From a virus (lineage: Duplodnaviria; Caudoviricetes), in IMG/VR virus record IMGVR_UViG_3300037461_000393, positions 1-46,124 of that record: a stretch of 46,124 nt of DNA. One strand, written 5' to 3'. The translations under genes were made by a program, and so were the position numbers. Below are positions 1 to 7,854 of the stretch, piece after piece. Each line of letters opens with the position of its first letter. The stretch's first letter is position 1. The notes beneath the pieces were generated by a model. It was given only the letters and a program-made list of their open reading frames with translations. It did no database searches and had not been told where the DNA came from.

Positions 1-177
1 GGGCATATGACACGCAGCAGGAAGCCGAGGCGCGTGTCACCAAAGAGGGCGGCGAGAAGGAAGGGTGGGCGGCACTCGACACCCCGCAGCACCTGTGCCT
101 GCTGATCAACCCGGAGACGCACGAAGCCGAGGAGATCATGGTTTCCATGCCGCGCACCAAGGCCAAGATTTCGCGCC
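1..177. repeat. Terminal direct repeat, left copy (circular assembly overlap)
   Basis: 1-177 equals 45948-46124 except C50 vs T45997; 51-177 (127 bp) is exact; the repeat lies inside a gene. Confidence 0.95.
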
Positions 178-422
178 AGTGGAACTCGATGATCCGGCTG
201 GCCGGTGGTGATCGCTTCTCCCGCGCCTACACCTTCGGCACCGCCCTGGAAAAGAACGACAAGGGCGATTACTACAACCTGACCGTTGCGTTGGCCGGGT
301 TCCCCAGCAAGGATGTATACGTCAAGGCTGAGGAACTCTACAAGCGGATCGCGTCCGGTGCCCGCAAGGTGGTCATGCATACCGACGACATCGCCGGCGG
401 GGAAGTCGATCCCGAGATGTGA
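1..422 (+). CDS. 3' part of putative ssDNA-binding protein (gene starts at 45599 and spans the origin; 256 aa)
   Basis: In frame with ATG 45599 across the overlap; acidic C-terminal tail (TDDIAGGEVDPEM); lies between SNF2 and UvrD genes as in phiVC8/VP2-like phages. Confidence 0.7.
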   Translation, partial: AYDTQQEAEARVTKEGGEKEGWAALDTPQHLCLLINPETHEAEEIMVSMPRTKAKISRQWNSMIRLAGGDRFSRAYTFGTALEKNDKGDYYNLTVALAGFPSKDVYVKAEELYKRIASGARKVVMHTDDIAGGEVDPEM

Positions 423-577
423 TGAGCGGACAGCCGGCCAGATGAAGACCCCGTGGGTGATGGGGCTGGCCGGCGACACGACGCCGCGCGGATCTCGCCC
501 GCTGCCGCCGTTGTGTCTCCTCGACGCAGGCAAGTTGCCGGTCCCGCGACAAATCACCCTAACCGGCACCCCTCATT
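421..577 (+). ncRNA. Candidate structured RNA (three hairpins, possible kissing-loop pseudoknot)
   Basis: Stems 433-441/466-474, 475-483/509-517, 536-542/562-568; loop GGGTGAT 455-461 is complementary to loop ATCACCC 553-559. Confidence 0.5.
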
Positions 578-596
578 TTACTGAACGGGATAGAGA

Positions 597-755
597 ATGA
601 GCGAAGATTTGGAACCAAAAGGTCTAACCGGCTTGATCACCGGTGATGAGAAGGTCGTGTTGTTCTTCGAGAACCCGGACCTCGCAAATGCCTACGTCAA
701 CAAGCTACAGGCGTACATGAGCACATACCGGGTCGTGACCGGGGCATTGAAATGA
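597..755 (+). CDS. Small hypothetical protein (52 aa, MSEDLEPKGL...)
   Basis: Hand-translated; GGGATAGAG leader; ATGA overlap with next gene. Confidence 0.7.
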   Translation: MSEDLEPKGLTGLITGDEKVVLFFENPDLANAYVNKLQAYMSTYRVVTGALK

Positions 756-970
756 ATCACGTCTACGAGAAGCATGAGAACTGTCGCCGCGAGCACTGCT
801 CTGTCTGCGACGGCGGGTTGTCGATCTGCACGGTGTGCCGCTGCATTGAAGGGTCGTTGGCCACTGAGTGCCCCGGCTTCGATTGCTGGAGAACCCACGG
901 CGACGCCATCTACCGGGGTGAGATCGATTTCGTGGGCGGTAAGTGGGTTAAGAAGGGTGAACAGTCATGA
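752..970 (+). CDS. Small Cys-rich putative Zn-binding protein
   Basis: CSVC and CTVC motifs, EGSLATECPG; ATGA overlaps on both sides. Confidence 0.75.
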   Translation: MNHVYEKHENCRREHCSVCDGGLSICTVCRCIEGSLATECPGFDCWRTHGDAIYRGEIDFVGGKWVKKGEQS

Positions 971-1104
971 CCTATCGTAAAACGGGGATCAAAGACCTCT
1001 GGTACGGGATCATCATCGCCGCATACTTTGGCCTTCTGGGTGGAGTAGCGGTCAGCATCGTGTTGGCAATCGGTCAGTGGACCGTCGGGTTGGTGTGCAG
1101 ATGA
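967..1104 (+). CDS. Small single-pass membrane protein (45 aa)
   Basis: Hand-translated MTYRKTGIKDLWYGIIIAAYFGLLGGVAVSIVLAIG...; ATGA overlaps on both sides. Confidence 0.65.
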   Translation: MTYRKTGIKDLWYGIIIAAYFGLLGGVAVSIVLAIGQWTVGLVCR

Positions 1105-2498
1105 AAGCGGTAGCTATTTACGGTCCGCCGGGGACCGGCAAGACTCATTCGATGGTGTGGTTGTGCAGCAAACACGCGGCACACGGGCCGGTTTGGTTCC
1201 TATCCTTCACCAAGGCAGCCGCTATCGAGGCGGCCAGCAGGATCAAATCGGAGATGGTCCGCCCCTCCACGCTCCATGCGCTGGCCTTCCGTGAACTCAG
1301 CATCGCGCCGGGGTCCGTGGTCGATCGCCGCAAACTCATCACGTTCAGCAAGCAAGTCGGAATCCCGATATCCGGAGCCGATGAGAACACGATGGACGAG
1401 CAGCTTGAGGGCGACGAGTACATTTCCGCGATGTCCTACGCGAACAATACGCTGCGGGACCTGATGGAAGTGTACGACGAGCGGGGCAGACCGGGGACGA
1501 TCCCCAGATTCGAGATGTTCGTCAAGGCATATAAGGCGTGGAAGGATACCTTCGGGTACATCGACTTCGATGACATGCTGCAGTATTACGCCGAGACGGA
1601 AAACGAGATGGACCACCGGGTGGTATTCCTTGACGAGGCACAGGACTGCTCGCCCTTACAGTGGAAGGCATTTAATCGGGTAGTGCAGCGCTCGAGCCAC
1701 GTTTATATCGCCGGTGACGATGATCAGGCGATTTTTGAGTGGTCGGGTGCTGACCCCCATGGGATGCGTAAGTTCGTCGAAACGAGGGCCGGCAGGTCTG
1801 ACATACTGGCGCAGTCCTATCGGGTTCCGAAGGTGGTGCACTCCTTCGTGCACGACAACATCCTGAGCCGGATCGGGGACCGAGTGGAGAAGGTGTTCGG
1901 CCCGACGGCTAACGAGGGTGATATCGAGTTCTTCGGCTCCCCACATGAGATGGACTGGCACTCAATCCAGGGCAAGGACGTCATGGTTCTGGTGCGTGAC
2001 CGGTTCCGGGGGCTGGAGATCCAGCGGATGTTGAATGCGGACATGATTCCGTACCGCATGAACGGCGGGTCGTCGCCCTTTGACAACCGGATCGCGCATT
2101 CAATAAGGGCCATCAGGAAGGCGAATGCCGGGGAACAGGTTACGGGTAAGGAACTAGACGCACTGTCGCATGCCCTCAACAACGCGGCCATTAAGAAGGG
2201 GGACTTGAGCGATGTTCTTGGAAAGCAGTGGCAAGACGTGCTGCACCTGACCCCCGACAACATGGATTTCTACGAGGCGGCCGATCTCGACGCGCCGCTG
2301 ACAGTGACCTTGTCCACGATCCATCAGGCAAAGGGCCGGGAGGCGCAAGACGTGATCGTGAACGTCGAGCTCCCTGATCGGGTTTTGAACACACTGACGA
2401 ATGACATAGGGCAGGATGCCGAGCGGCGCGTCATGTACGTCGCCTTCACACGCACAAAGAACAGGGTGACGGTATGCGGCGAGAACCCATTAATTTGA
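1101..2498 (+). CDS. UvrD/Rep-like superfamily I DNA helicase
   Basis: Walker A GPPGTGKT, DEAQD, GDDDQAIF, QSYR, STIHQAKGRE, YVAFTR. Confidence 0.93.
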   Translation: MKAVAIYGPPGTGKTHSMVWLCSKHAAHGPVWFLSFTKAAAIEAASRIKSEMVRPSTLHALAFRELSIAPGSVVDRRKLITFSKQVGIPISGADENTMDEQLEGDEYISAMSYANNTLRDLMEVYDERGRPGTIPRFEMFVKAYKAWKDTFGYIDFDDMLQYYAETENEMDHRVVFLDEAQDCSPLQWKAFNRVVQRSSHVYIAGDDDQAIFEWSGADPHGMRKFVETRAGRSDILAQSYRVPKVVHSFVHDNILSRIGDRVEKVFGPTANEGDIEFFGSPHEMDWHSIQGKDVMVLVRDRFRGLEIQRMLNADMIPYRMNGGSSPFDNRIAHSIRAIRKANAGEQVTGKELDALSHALNNAAIKKGDLSDVLGKQWQDVLHLTPDNMDFYEAADLDAPLTVTLSTIHQAKGREAQDVIVNVELPDRVLNTLTNDIGQDAERRVMYVAFTRTKNRVTVCGENPLI

Positions 2499-4342
2499 GC
2501 CGGCTGGCTGAGTACCCGATCATCTCGGTCGACGTGGAAACGACCGGGCTGTACTGGTACAAGGATGAACTGTTCGGGGTAGCTGTCGCCGCCTTTGATG
2601 ACGACGTGATGTACAGCGGGTATTGGGACATCAGAAAGTCCCCCAAGGTCCTGCAGGTCCTCAACGAGCAGCTGCCCAAGGTCAAACGGCTGGTCAATCA
2701 CAACGTCAAGTTCGATGCCCACTTCCTGCTGAATCACGGCATCAGGACTCCGTTCGACAGGACCGAATGCACATCGGTGCGGGCCGCCCTTCTCAACGAG
2801 CACGAACCGAGTTTCAGTCTCGATTCCTTGTGCAAGGCCTATTTGAATAAGGGCAAACGAGTCGACGTATACGACAGGTTGGCGGAGTTGTTTGGCGGCA
2901 AGGCCGACAAGTCGCAGATGAAGAATCTCCATCGGGCTCCGGTCGGCGTCGTGTCGGAGTACGCGGTGCCGGACGCCGAACTTGCCATCGAATTGTGGTT
3001 GCATCAAGAAAAACACATGAGCGGGTTAGAGCAGGTGTGGAATCTTGAGCGCGAGCTGACTTCAGTGCTCATTGACATCGAGCGTAATGGTGTGCTTATC
3101 GACGAAGAAGATGTCGAGAGGAAGTTGCGCAGCATCGGACCCACCAAAGATAAGCTAGTCAAGAAGCTGCTGAAGATCGCCGGCAAGGATTTCAATGACA
3201 AGCTGTTCAATTCGCCGAAACAGATGCGCGAATTGTTCAAGGTGTGCGCCGATGAAGAGGGCCATTGGTACGCCGGCCCTGTCAAGTTAGTAATAACTGA
3301 CGCAGGTAATCCATCCATCGATGCGGATGTGTTACGATTACTGTCTGAGACGCATAACGACGAGCGGGCGGATCTTATCCTTAGGGTCAAGAAGCTTGAT
3401 AAGGCGCAGCAGTTCCTGAACAATCACATTAAAGGACATCTGCACGATGGAAGAGTTTTCCCAAACTACAACCAGACCAAGACCGAAAAGGGCACTGGCA
3501 CTGGCACTGGCCGTTTCTCAATTGATGACCCTGCTCTTCAGCAGATTCCGGCCCGCGATGTTCAAATGGCCGAGATCGTCAGGTCGGCCTTTATACCTGA
3601 AAAGGGTGAAGCGTGGTGTTGTGCGGATTGGGAGCAATTCGAATTTCGTTGGTTCGCGCACTACGTCAATGACGAGCAACTCAACGGCACGTATCTACGA
3701 AATCCCGACTCGGACTTCCACAAGACAGTAGCGGACCTGACCGGCCTGCCCCGGTCACCTAGATTCGCGGGGGACGCTAACGCCAAGCAAATCAATCTCG
3801 GCCTCGTCTTCGGGATGGGGCAGGGGAAGCTTGCCGCCGAAATGGGCTTGCCGTACGAAATACAGTACCGGCGGTTCAAGGACGGCGAGACTAAGGAAGT
3901 GTACATCGCCGGCCCCGAGGCCGAGGCGGTGTTCGAGAAGTATCATTCTTCGATCCCCGGCGTTAAGGCACTACTTGAGCAAGCTGGCTCGATAGCCAAG
4001 GCGCGCGGCTATGTGAAGACGATCATGGGCCGCCGCCTCAGGTTTCCGGGCGGCAAGTATACACACAAGGCTGGTGGGCTGGTGTTCCAAGGGACATCGG
4101 CCGACTGCAACAAAGCGAAGATGATAGAGCTTTACCACAGCGGGCACAAGCAGGGCGACTACCGCATCCTTCTGTCTGTGCACGATGAGTTTGATTTCTC
4201 GCTACCCAAGGGTAACAAGAAGGTGCCGGAGATCAAGCGAAGGTTGGAAACTTTCGATGGGAAGGAGTGCCCGATCATGTGCCGTATACCCATCCGGTCA
4301 TCAGTGAATGTCGGGCCAAATTGGTATGAGGCTAGCAAATGA
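2474..4342 (+). CDS. dpoZ: Family A DNA polymerase with 3'-5' exonuclease, DpoZ-type
   Basis: Exo motifs DVETTG, NVKFD, YAVPD; motif A ADWEQFEFR; divergent motif B AKQINLGLVFG; motif C VHDE; directly upstream of purZ. Confidence 0.88.
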   Translation: MRREPINLSRLAEYPIISVDVETTGLYWYKDELFGVAVAAFDDDVMYSGYWDIRKSPKVLQVLNEQLPKVKRLVNHNVKFDAHFLLNHGIRTPFDRTECTSVRAALLNEHEPSFSLDSLCKAYLNKGKRVDVYDRLAELFGGKADKSQMKNLHRAPVGVVSEYAVPDAELAIELWLHQEKHMSGLEQVWNLERELTSVLIDIERNGVLIDEEDVERKLRSIGPTKDKLVKKLLKIAGKDFNDKLFNSPKQMRELFKVCADEEGHWYAGPVKLVITDAGNPSIDADVLRLLSETHNDERADLILRVKKLDKAQQFLNNHIKGHLHDGRVFPNYNQTKTEKGTGTGTGRFSIDDPALQQIPARDVQMAEIVRSAFIPEKGEAWCCADWEQFEFRWFAHYVNDEQLNGTYLRNPDSDFHKTVADLTGLPRSPRFAGDANAKQINLGLVFGMGQGKLAAEMGLPYEIQYRRFKDGETKEVYIAGPEAEAVFEKYHSSIPGVKALLEQAGSIAKARGYVKTIMGRRLRFPGGKYTHKAGGLVFQGTSADCNKAKMIELYHSGHKQGDYRILLSVHDEFDFSLPKGNKKVPEIKRRLETFDGKECPIMCRIPIRSSVNVGPNWYEASK

Positions 4343-5388
4343 GGACACTACACATCATCACCGACATGCAATTCGGCAGCACCGGCAAGGGTCTGTTCGC
4401 CGGGTATATCGCCGAAATGAAGGATATCGACACCATCATCACGGCGTGGGGACCGAACGCGGGACACACTTATGTAGATTGGTCCGGCCGGAAGTTCGTG
4501 CACACGATGCTCGCAAACGGGATCGTTGGTGCGGGGGTCAGGATGGTGTTGATCGGTCCGGGGTCCGTGATCAACCCGGAGGCGCTGCGTGCCGAGATCC
4601 GTGGGGCCATTGACGTGCTCGAGAAGCATGAGATCGCGATCCTCATCCACGAGAACGCGGCGGTGGTAACCGAGGAGCATCGTGCCGCCGAGCGCGAGTA
4701 CGGCTTCAAGATCGGCAGCACGATGAAAGGTACGGCGCAGGCAATGATCCAGAAGCTGCGCCGCGACCCGGATCACCTGAACACGGCCGGCGCTATCCTG
4801 CGCAAGGACAAGTTCTTCGCGCCGATGGTCGTCGATTCGGATGTATGGATCGATTTGATCAAGAATCGCGCCCGCAATGTGTTGATCGAGGGGGCGCAGG
4901 GGTTTTCCCTTTCGATCAACCACGGCTTCTATCCGTACACCACCAGCCGGGATTGCACGACGGCACAACTGCTCGTGGACTGCGGCATCCCGATGGATTT
5001 TCTCGTGCATTCGGTGCCGACCGTTTATGGGGTGTGTCGCACCTACCCGATCCGCGTCGCGAACAGATTCGATGCCAACGGGAACCTGATCGGAACTTCC
5101 GGCCCGCATTACCGTGACCAAGTGGAAACGGATTGGGAAGCACTGGGCGTCGAACCTGAACTTACGACCGTGACCAAGCTGGTACGCCGAGTGTTTACGA
5201 TCAGCTACCATCAACTCGTCAAGGCCACGCAGATGAACGGGGTGTCGTTCATCTTCCTCAACTTCGCCAACTACGTCAGCCAATCGCAACTCGAAGACAT
5301 GACGGCCGAGATCAACCGGCAGACCGGGGCGATCGTGCGGTGGCACGGTTTCGGGCCGAAGGTCAACGACATCCGCACGGTTTTGTGA
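4339..5388 (+). CDS. purZ: PurZ, N6-succino-2-amino-2'-deoxyadenylate synthase (PurA paralogue)
   Basis: QFGSTGKG (Ser in place of the PurA GDEGKG Asp), PNAGHT, EGAQG, TTVTKLVRRV, LNFANY in place of TKLD; short 349-aa form. Confidence 0.93.
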   Translation: MRTLHIITDMQFGSTGKGLFAGYIAEMKDIDTIITAWGPNAGHTYVDWSGRKFVHTMLANGIVGAGVRMVLIGPGSVINPEALRAEIRGAIDVLEKHEIAILIHENAAVVTEEHRAAEREYGFKIGSTMKGTAQAMIQKLRRDPDHLNTAGAILRKDKFFAPMVVDSDVWIDLIKNRARNVLIEGAQGFSLSINHGFYPYTTSRDCTTAQLLVDCGIPMDFLVHSVPTVYGVCRTYPIRVANRFDANGNLIGTSGPHYRDQVETDWEALGVEPELTTVTKLVRRVFTISYHQLVKATQMNGVSFIFLNFANYVSQSQLEDMTAEINRQTGAIVRWHGFGPKVNDIRTVL

Positions 5389-5397
5389 GGGGCGGCC

Positions 5398-5670
5398 ATG
5401 GCAACAAGACAGGATGTAGTAAGGGCCATCTGCGAGGAACGTGGTTTCCAGAACAGCAAGCATGGAACCATCGAGATGGTCCCTCACACTCCGGCCGGGT
5501 GGTTGTTCCTCATCCGGCACGAATTGCAGGAGGCCGAGCATGCCCTGATCAAAGGTGGGATGGGGCGCGACGCATGGCGGCACGAACTGGTGCAGGTCGC
5601 CGCTTTGTGCATGGCCTGTCTTGAGCAGCATGGACTCGATCAACCGGACCCCATGAAACGGGAGATCTGA
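5398..5670 (+). CDS. mazZ: MazG-like (d)GTP pyrophosphohydrolase MazZ
   Basis: All-alpha NTP-PPase pattern EER..Q..KHG, HELQEA, HELVQVAAL; adjacent to purZ. Confidence 0.75.
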   Translation: MATRQDVVRAICEERGFQNSKHGTIEMVPHTPAGWLFLIRHELQEAEHALIKGGMGRDAWRHELVQVAALCMACLEQHGLDQPDPMKREI

Positions 5671-5672
5671 CT

Positions 5673-5786
5673 GTGACCAACCAAGTCGTAGTGAATTTTT
5701 TGCTTGGGCTGGGGGTTGGGGTGATGGTCGGTGTATTGATCGGCCTGATCATTATCGAAATCGTCCGGTTCTGGAGATACCGATGA
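5673..5786 (+). CDS. Small membrane protein (37 aa)
   Basis: Hand-translated MTNQVVVNFLLGLGVGVMVGVLIGLIIIEIVRFWRYR; ATGA overlap with datZ. Confidence 0.6.
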   Translation: MTNQVVVNFLLGLGVGVMVGVLIGLIIIEIVRFWRYR

Positions 5787-6388
5787 AACTGACATTGTAC
5801 GACTTTCTGCGCGCAGGGCACGTCAAGCGGTGGCACATCGTGAACACCGTTACCCAGCAGAGCATCGCTGAGCATTCGTATCTGGTAGCCATCATCGCTA
5901 TGCACATTCACCGATGGGTGCAACCGGCGGGCGACGTCGAGCCGATGGAAACCGGTATCTACGCGCTGTTCCACGACGCCCCCGAAATCAGGACTGGTGA
6001 CATCCCGACTCCAGCCAAGAGGCTGCTTCGCGAGACGGAACGACCCCCGACCACGGACTTTGGGCCGGCGGAGATGGATCTTTTCGAGCGGCTCGACTTC
6101 AACCTATTGCCGGAGTGCCCGTTCATTCCGGGGGGCGAGGCGGCCGAAATATCGATCATGTGCGTTCGCATGGCCGACGCCATCGAGGCGGCCCACTGGA
6201 TTCGTGAAAACGGGGCGGGCCGGCATGCCGAGATCGTCGCTGCTGGTTGCTGGCGTAGAGTTGAAGACTTGGTCCACCAGTTTCATACCACGCAGAAGGA
6301 TGCTGACTGGTACGGGGCCGTGAATCATGTGATGATGGCCCTTGGCATGCCGTACGTTTCCCAGGAAGAACGGATCTCGCCACCCTGA
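5783..6388 (+). CDS. datZ: HD-domain dATP triphosphohydrolase DatZ
   Basis: VKRWHIV, QSIAEHS, HDAPEIRTGDIPTP, MADAIEA; inside purZ cluster. Confidence 0.85.
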   Translation: MKLTLYDFLRAGHVKRWHIVNTVTQQSIAEHSYLVAIIAMHIHRWVQPAGDVEPMETGIYALFHDAPEIRTGDIPTPAKRLLRETERPPTTDFGPAEMDLFERLDFNLLPECPFIPGGEAAEISIMCVRMADAIEAAHWIRENGAGRHAEIVAAGCWRRVEDLVHQFHTTQKDADWYGAVNHVMMALGMPYVSQEERISPP

Positions 6389-6390
6389 CT

Positions 6391-6927
6391 ATGTACTCTC
6401 GCATCCAACTTCAGATAGTGGCCATGCTCGTAGAGAAGGGGCCGCACTCCAGCATGTCGAAGCTTGACATGCTGGCCCGGATTTCATGCGATCGACGGTC
6501 GCTAAGCTCAGCCCTTCGGATGCTGCAGCGATACAGGATTATTTACATCTGTTCGTGGCTACGGACAGAGGACAACGGGGTACGCGCATACATTCGCCCC
6601 GTTTACGCGTTGGGTCGAAGGGCGGACGCCCCGAAGCCCGCTCCCAGAAGCAAGACGTACTTCTACCACATCAAGAGGACTAAAGATGATCTCGAAAGAA
6701 TTCTTCGATTTGATGGATGCCACGTACCAGCGGCTGCTCGACCTGAGCGAAAGCAAGGGAATGGAGTACGCCGGGTCAGCCGATCGGCTGTCCAACTTCA
6801 AGCGGCTTGGGGTGGAGTTGTCCATGCCGCCGGAGAAAGTGCTGTGGGTCTACATGACGAAGCACTTGGACTCGCTTCGGACGTGGCTGCGGGAGCTGGA
6901 AGGCCCGATCCGGCGGATACCGTCTGA
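6391..6927 (+). CDS. Putative winged-helix DNA-binding protein
   Basis: Basic helix-turn-helix-like N-half (RRSLSSALRMLQRYRIIYICSW...PVYALG); C-terminal ~80 aa overlap the next gene. Confidence 0.5.
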   Translation: MYSRIQLQIVAMLVEKGPHSSMSKLDMLARISCDRRSLSSALRMLQRYRIIYICSWLRTEDNGVRAYIRPVYALGRRADAPKPAPRSKTYFYHIKRTKDDLERILRFDGCHVPAAARPERKQGNGVRRVSRSAVQLQAAWGGVVHAAGESAVGLHDEALGLASDVAAGAGRPDPADTV

Positions 6928-7252
6928 GCCGATCGAAGGGCGGATTGACGATGCCATCCTGTACCTGATCCTTTTGAAGGGGTTGATCTGTGAGCGCACA
7001 AACAGAGAAAACTTACCAGCGGCAGGTAATAACCTGCCTGAAGCAGGCGGGGTACGAAGTGCAGCCGATAGCCCACTCAAACTCCCCACACGTGCCGGAC
7101 TTGGCGGTGTCAGGAATGGGGAGGCACAGCTGGATCGAATTGAAATGGATGCGATCGACACCGATCCTGTCAAAACCCCTGTTTGGCAGCGCGTCGTACC
7201 TGACGAGGGGTCAAGAACAGTGGCTGCAGAGCCACGGAGCCAAGGGCGATAG
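6686..7252 (+). CDS. All-alpha protein, nucleotide-modification-associated (DUF1599-like)
   Basis: KGMEYAG..DRLSNF, KHLDS, RIDDAILYLILL pattern seen near phage base-modification genes; family-like part ends near aa 105. Confidence 0.6.
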   Translation: MISKEFFDLMDATYQRLLDLSESKGMEYAGSADRLSNFKRLGVELSMPPEKVLWVYMTKHLDSLRTWLRELEGPIRRIPSEPIEGRIDDAILYLILLKGLICERTNRENLPAAGNNLPEAGGVRSAADSPLKLPTRAGLGGVRNGEAQLDRIEMDAIDTDPVKTPVWQRVVPDEGSRTVAAEPRSQGR

Positions 7253-7430
7253 CTGCTGGCTGCTGGTCGGCTGCCCGTCCAGACATGTACTGCTGCCGCA
7301 CGGCCTGATACCGGCGGCACGGTCCAAACGATGGGGATGGGTGTCGGTAGCCCCCGGATCGTTAGAGAGCCCGACGATCCGGGGTCTGGTAGACCGATTT
7401 ACGCTAGTCTTGTACCGGCTTGGTCGATGA
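6990..7430 (+). CDS. PD-(D/E)XK nuclease (VRR-NUC / Holliday junction resolvase-like)
   Basis: TEKTYQ...VPDL...WIELK...LTRGQEQWL. Confidence 0.75.
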   Translation: MSAQTEKTYQRQVITCLKQAGYEVQPIAHSNSPHVPDLAVSGMGRHSWIELKWMRSTPILSKPLFGSASYLTRGQEQWLQSHGAKGDSCWLLVGCPSRHVLLPHGLIPAARSKRWGWVSVAPGSLESPTIRGLVDRFTLVLYRLGR

Positions 7431-7854
7431 TCAGGGCCTGCATCCGTGGGTCCGCATTGAAGCTGATGTGGACCCACCCCCCCGAAGCCGACATCGGGAA
7501 TTCCAGGATCAGTTGGTCATAACCGACCAGCACCTTACCCTGCTTCAAGAACTTGAAGATCTGAGTCGGCGTGCCGAACTGCGGCGCTCTGAAGTCGACC
7601 GCTTCTCCCAGGATGTGCTGCGACGTGTTCTTGCTGCCGATGGCACGATTCAAGTCGGCGCACCTGTACCAACTCGAAACCAGTATCGGGACCCCGAGCG
7701 CCACTCTTACTTCATCAAGGCGCTCCGCCGTGACCTTGATCCGGTGCAGGGTTTCTGGGTCCGGAGTGTTGTCGATCCCCAGCCGTGCCGCAGTCTCGGA
7801 AAACACCGCCTCTCCGTAGGAGAAGTACTGTGAAAGCTTGTACGACAGTTTCAC
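7399..7854 (-). CDS. Endolysin, peptidase M15A family
   Basis: SSWYRC..LN..IG, SQHILGEAVDF, WVHIS zinc-peptidase motifs; last gene of lysis cassette. Confidence 0.9.
   Translation of the reverse strand: MKLSYKLSQYFSYGEAVFSETAARLGIDNTPDPETLHRIKVTAERLDEVRVALGVPILVSSWYRCADLNRAIGSKNTSQHILGEAVDFRAPQFGTPTQIFKFLKQGKVLVGYDQLILEFPMSASGGWVHISFNADPRMQALIIDQAGTRLA

Noticed and set aside
536-590. Twister ribozyme (CCGGTCCC resemblance)
   Set aside because: Lacks the AAGC continuation, the UAA internal loop and the closing GAGGG
3491-3511. GGCACT tandem repeat
   Set aside because: Encodes GTGTGTG leading into the conserved TGRxS motif of family A polymerases
4339-5388. Ordinary purA auxiliary metabolic gene
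   Set aside because: The catalytic Asp of GDEGKG is Ser, the GTP-specific TKLD is absent, and the neighbours are MazG-like and HD hydrolases; this fits PurZ
4348-5643. 431-aa minus-strand ORF
   Set aside because: Antisense shadow of purZ/mazZ caused by GC-rich codon bias; no motifs. The same applies to the other long antisense ORFs (e.g. 16834..18033, 21719..22714, 27069..27998, 31079..32221)
6680-7020. Alternative genetic code explaining the missing stops
   Set aside because: No single codon shared at the overlap junctions is absent from core genes; core genes translate intact and end in TAA, TGA or TAG under code 11
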